Of a stretch of 64,000 nucleotides of DNA, positions 61,167 through 64,000 are shown piece by piece. Below the pieces are notes generated by a model. It saw only the letters and a list, made by a program, of their open reading frames with translations, did not search any database and had not been told where the DNA came from. A program made the translations under genes and the position numbers. Each line of letters starts with the position of its first letter. The first letter of the stretch is position 1. Origin of the DNA: Candidatus Latescibacterota bacterium (GTDB taxonomy: Bacteria > Latescibacterota > UBA2968 > UBA8231); assembly GCA_965223905.1 (NCBI GenBank), contig CBDCXV010000011.1, positions 256,001 through 320,000 of the forward strand. Direction: 5' to 3'.

Positions 61167-61823
61167 TCAGACTATCCGGAGCAACCAGCGAACGGCGTTG
61201 TGCAACAGCAGCTGCACCATCGGGTGCTGCAGGACTTCCAGGGTGTGGCCGTTGGCCAGGTAGGCGACGCGCCCTTTTCCATACTCGTACGCCCAGCCTG
61301 CGGGCGATTCCCTGCCATCTCTCCCGATGCTTTTCAAGAGCAGGTTAACGCGCTCGAAGTCGAACCACAGGAAGTGCTGCTCGTCGATGATCTCGAAATC
61401 CGAGACGCCTGCGGTGATGGGGTGGTCGCGCTGGACGACGCCAACGTCGAACGGCAAAACCGGAGGATGCCCCTGGTAATAGCCGCCCAGGACCCGCCGG
61501 TAGGGCCCGCTCCAGGGATAGGCCCACCCGGAATTGTGAAGGGGCAGGAAGCCGCCGCCCCTTCGCACGAAGGCCGCCACAGCCGCTTCCTGATCGGGCT
61601 GCATCCAGATTTCGTACGGCTCCTCGTACCCGTTGGGCCATTCCATGCCGTCACGGAGAATGGCGAGAAGCCGCTTGCCCTCGAGGTGCTCGTTATCCAG
61701 GCTCTTGAAATCGGTTGTGTACTCGATGTCGAGGCTGGACGACTCGAGGGCAGGTCCGACCCCTGCGAAGGCATCCTCTGCCCTGTGGTATCGATCTCCT
61801 GCCAACAATATCGCGTCTGCCAT
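61167..61823 (-). CDS. ThuA-like domain protein
   Basis: FVRRGGGFLPLH, GHPP, HPIT, DEQH, GKGRVAYLANGH. Confidence 0.85.
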   Translation of the reverse strand: MADAILLAGDRYHRAEDAFAGVGPALESSSLDIEYTTDFKSLDNEHLEGKRLLAILRDGMEWPNGYEEPYEIWMQPDQEAAVAAFVRRGGGFLPLHNSGWAYPWSGPYRRVLGGYYQGHPPVLPFDVGVVQRDHPITAGVSDFEIIDEQHFLWFDFERVNLLLKSIGRDGRESPAGWAYEYGKGRVAYLANGHTLEVLQHPMVQLLLHNAVRWLLRIV

Positions 61824-62001
61824 GGTGGTATTGGCCTGCTCCGTCGAAGGATGGATATCTTACGTTATTCGCGCGTCTTTTCAACATGCCCGGCCCCCAG
61901 ACCGGGAACCGATACCGGATTCAGTGCTTAATCCTGAGGCAACCTTGGGACTCATCCACCGATACTTCCTGCCTGTTCTCTCTGATCAAGGGCAATTCCC
62001 C

Positions 62002-62682
62002 GTGCAATGGACAAGGTGTTTAAAACCCGCTGTCGAGATCGGTACCGTAGCTGCATTGGTTTTTTTCGTAGCTCCCTCCTGTAAGCCGTCACTCAGGCAT
62101 GCCGACCTCTCCGGCAAAGACCTTGGACTAACGCATTCACCCGGGGAGCTCAGAGGCCGCGATCTCAGACATGCAGATCTCACCGGAGCCGTTCTCAACC
62201 GATTCGACCTGTCTGGGGCCAATCTGTCACAGGCGTATCTCGAAAGGACCGGATTGAGGGGAGCCAATCTCACGCGATGCCGGCTCCAGGGTGCGGTTCT
62301 CCAGGACGCGGATCTGCGCGAGGCCGTGCTTGTGCGCGCAAACCTGCGGGGAGCGGACCTCTACCTTGCGAGAATGGCCGGTGCCGTGTTGCGCGAGGCC
62401 ACCGTCAGCAACTGCTACCTCAACGGAGCGGATCTGCGGCGGGCTGACCTGTCGTACGCCGACTTGCGCGGGAGCAAACTCTACACCTCCAACCTCGGTG
62501 AGGCCAGGCTGGAGTACTCCCTGCTCTCCGGTACGGATTTCACCGGAGCAATCCTCAACAACACCCGCTTCTACGGGGCGGCGTACGACGCCACCACCAT
62601 ACTGCCCTTCAGCCGCGATGAGGCAAAGGCCCGAGGCATGGTGTACGAAGGAACCGAACGGGGAGGTTTTATCCAGAGGTGA
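62002..62682 (+). CDS. Pentapeptide repeat protein, possibly a lipoprotein
   Basis: Many A(D/N)LxG repeats; hydrophobic N-terminus ending APSC; start uncertain. Confidence 0.85.
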   Translation: MQWTRCLKPAVEIGTVAALVFFVAPSCKPSLRHADLSGKDLGLTHSPGELRGRDLRHADLTGAVLNRFDLSGANLSQAYLERTGLRGANLTRCRLQGAVLQDADLREAVLVRANLRGADLYLARMAGAVLREATVSNCYLNGADLRRADLSYADLRGSKLYTSNLGEARLEYSLLSGTDFTGAILNNTRFYGAAYDATTILPFSRDEAKARGMVYEGTERGGFIQR

Positions 62683-62760
62683 TGATCGGGTGCTGCTCCA
62701 TCCGCATCGCGGGACCGGAGCAAAAGATGGGCGCGGCTCGAAGGGGTGCCCGACAGGACT

Positions 62761-63478
62761 CTATCCAACCAGGACAGCGAGAATCCCCGCGCCGCCGACC
62801 AGTGTCAAGGCGGCCGATCGGTAGGACCGTTCCGAAACGCGCCGCCTCAGGCCCAATCCGGCCAGAAAGCCCGCGGCGATTCCGGGAAAGGAACATGCGC
62901 TCATGGCAATCGCGGCGATTTCCAACAAGCCCCAGGTGCGGAAAAAAAGGGCGATCGAGAAATGCAGGATGAGGAAGTAGCCTATGAGATCCGCTCTCAA
63001 TGCTGCGTGCGGCCATCGCTGCTTGAGCCCCAAAAGCACCACTGGGGGGCCGGTCATTCCGCTGGCACCCCCCATCAAGCCGCTGAGCCCCGCAGATGGG
63101 CAGGGCGTTGCTCCTGAAGGGTTTCCCCGAATGCAGCGCCATCATCCCGGCCCCCGCCAAGGCCACCAGGCCCGTCGCAGTGCGCATCATGCCCGTGTCG
63201 AAGGTCGCTAGAACGTGAACACCCACGGGTACGCCGACCATGGCGCAGGCGTATAGACGCAATACGCGACCCGCGTTGATTGTGCGAAAACAGTTGACAG
63301 CCAGCAGCAAGGACAGTGGCAGCCAGCTGAGGACCACTACCGGCACAGCCTGGGCAGGGGGCAGAATCAGTATGGCTATCGGCGTTGCAATCATCGCAAA
63401 GCCGAACCCCGTCACCGACACGACCAGGGCGGCAAACGCGAAGAGGGAGTTGAGGATAATGGCGGTCGATAAGTCCAT
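62761..63478 (-). pseudogene. TauE/SafE family exporter with one frameshift (~63090)
   Basis: TGFGFAMIATP, GVPVG in one frame; GGASGMTGPPVVL..GFLAG in another. Confidence 0.8.
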
Positions 63479-63817
63479 AGGGACTGATGGGGAGTTGCGA
63501 GAGACTGCGCTCCGGCCCTCACTAAGCCGGTTCGCAGGACGTCGGAGTCGGCCTCCGGCCCAGTTGAAGCACGACTCCGGTAATCAGAAGCAAGTGAGAG
63601 ACCACGAGAGGTTTGGAGGCAGCTTTCGCCCAATGTACGCGGCGGGAATCGGGCTACAAACTGCCAGCCGGGTTTCTTTCAACGGCCTGCGTTCCCTATC
63701 CCCCCTCGTGGGGTGAATCGGCAAGCAAACGTCCCTGAATCGAGACGGATTCGGGGCGAGGGCCAGCCACGCGACGGGCTGTTGTTTCCAGCACGCAGGG
63801 CTGAACTTATTCCGCAT

Positions 63818-64000
63818 ATGAATGAGCATACCGAAACAGGCGGCCTTGCCAGGGCACGGGAGATCTCCCACACCCTGTATCCCCACCAGGTAGAAGGCCT
63901 GGCGTTCCTGCTCGGCCGCAGGCGCTCGATACTCGCCGACGACATGGGGCTGGGGAAGACGCGCCAGTCGATTCTCGGGTTGACCGAAGCCACCGACGGA
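63818..64000 (+). CDS. SNF2-family helicase, N-terminal fragment
   Basis: LYPHQVEGLAFL...ILADDMGLGKT; runs off window. Confidence 0.85.
   Translation, partial: MNEHTETGGLARAREISHTLYPHQVEGLAFLLGRRRSILADDMGLGKTRQSILGLTEATDG

Overview
A GC-rich bacterial chromosomal segment from a diderm organism, judged from its OmpA, Omp85-like and TonB-dependent receptor genes. It mostly carries housekeeping and metabolic genes: ftsH (partial), an orphan 2-oxoacid dehydrogenase E2, mocA/xdhC, hemE, korAB flanked by two CBS proteins, two short RpoD-like sigma-70 paralogs, a CdaA-YbbR fusion, a FadN-like gene, dxr, rny, a KamA-family gene, sodA, iscU, an aldehyde dehydrogenase and the start of an SNF2 helicase. 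Non-coding and mobile content comprises tRNA-Asn(GTT), an intact IS630, and decayed IS3 and IS4 elements downstream of the tRNA. An ECF sigma, a TonB receptor, a class IV aminotransferase and a TauE gene are broken. The most striking observation is an intact ~775-aa UvrA paralog. Its catalytic ABC-ATPase motifs are substituted in both cassettes, while the UvrB-binding region and two zinc modules are kept, making it a candidate pseudo-ATPase. Also notable are a 4-hydroxybutyryl-CoA dehydratase-like flavoprotein lacking the Fe-S cysteines, the CBS-korA-korB-CBS operon, and a 50-aa membrane ORF missed by the ORF track. All calls come from reading motifs by eye and no database search was run. No CRISPR array, rRNA or phage genes were seen.
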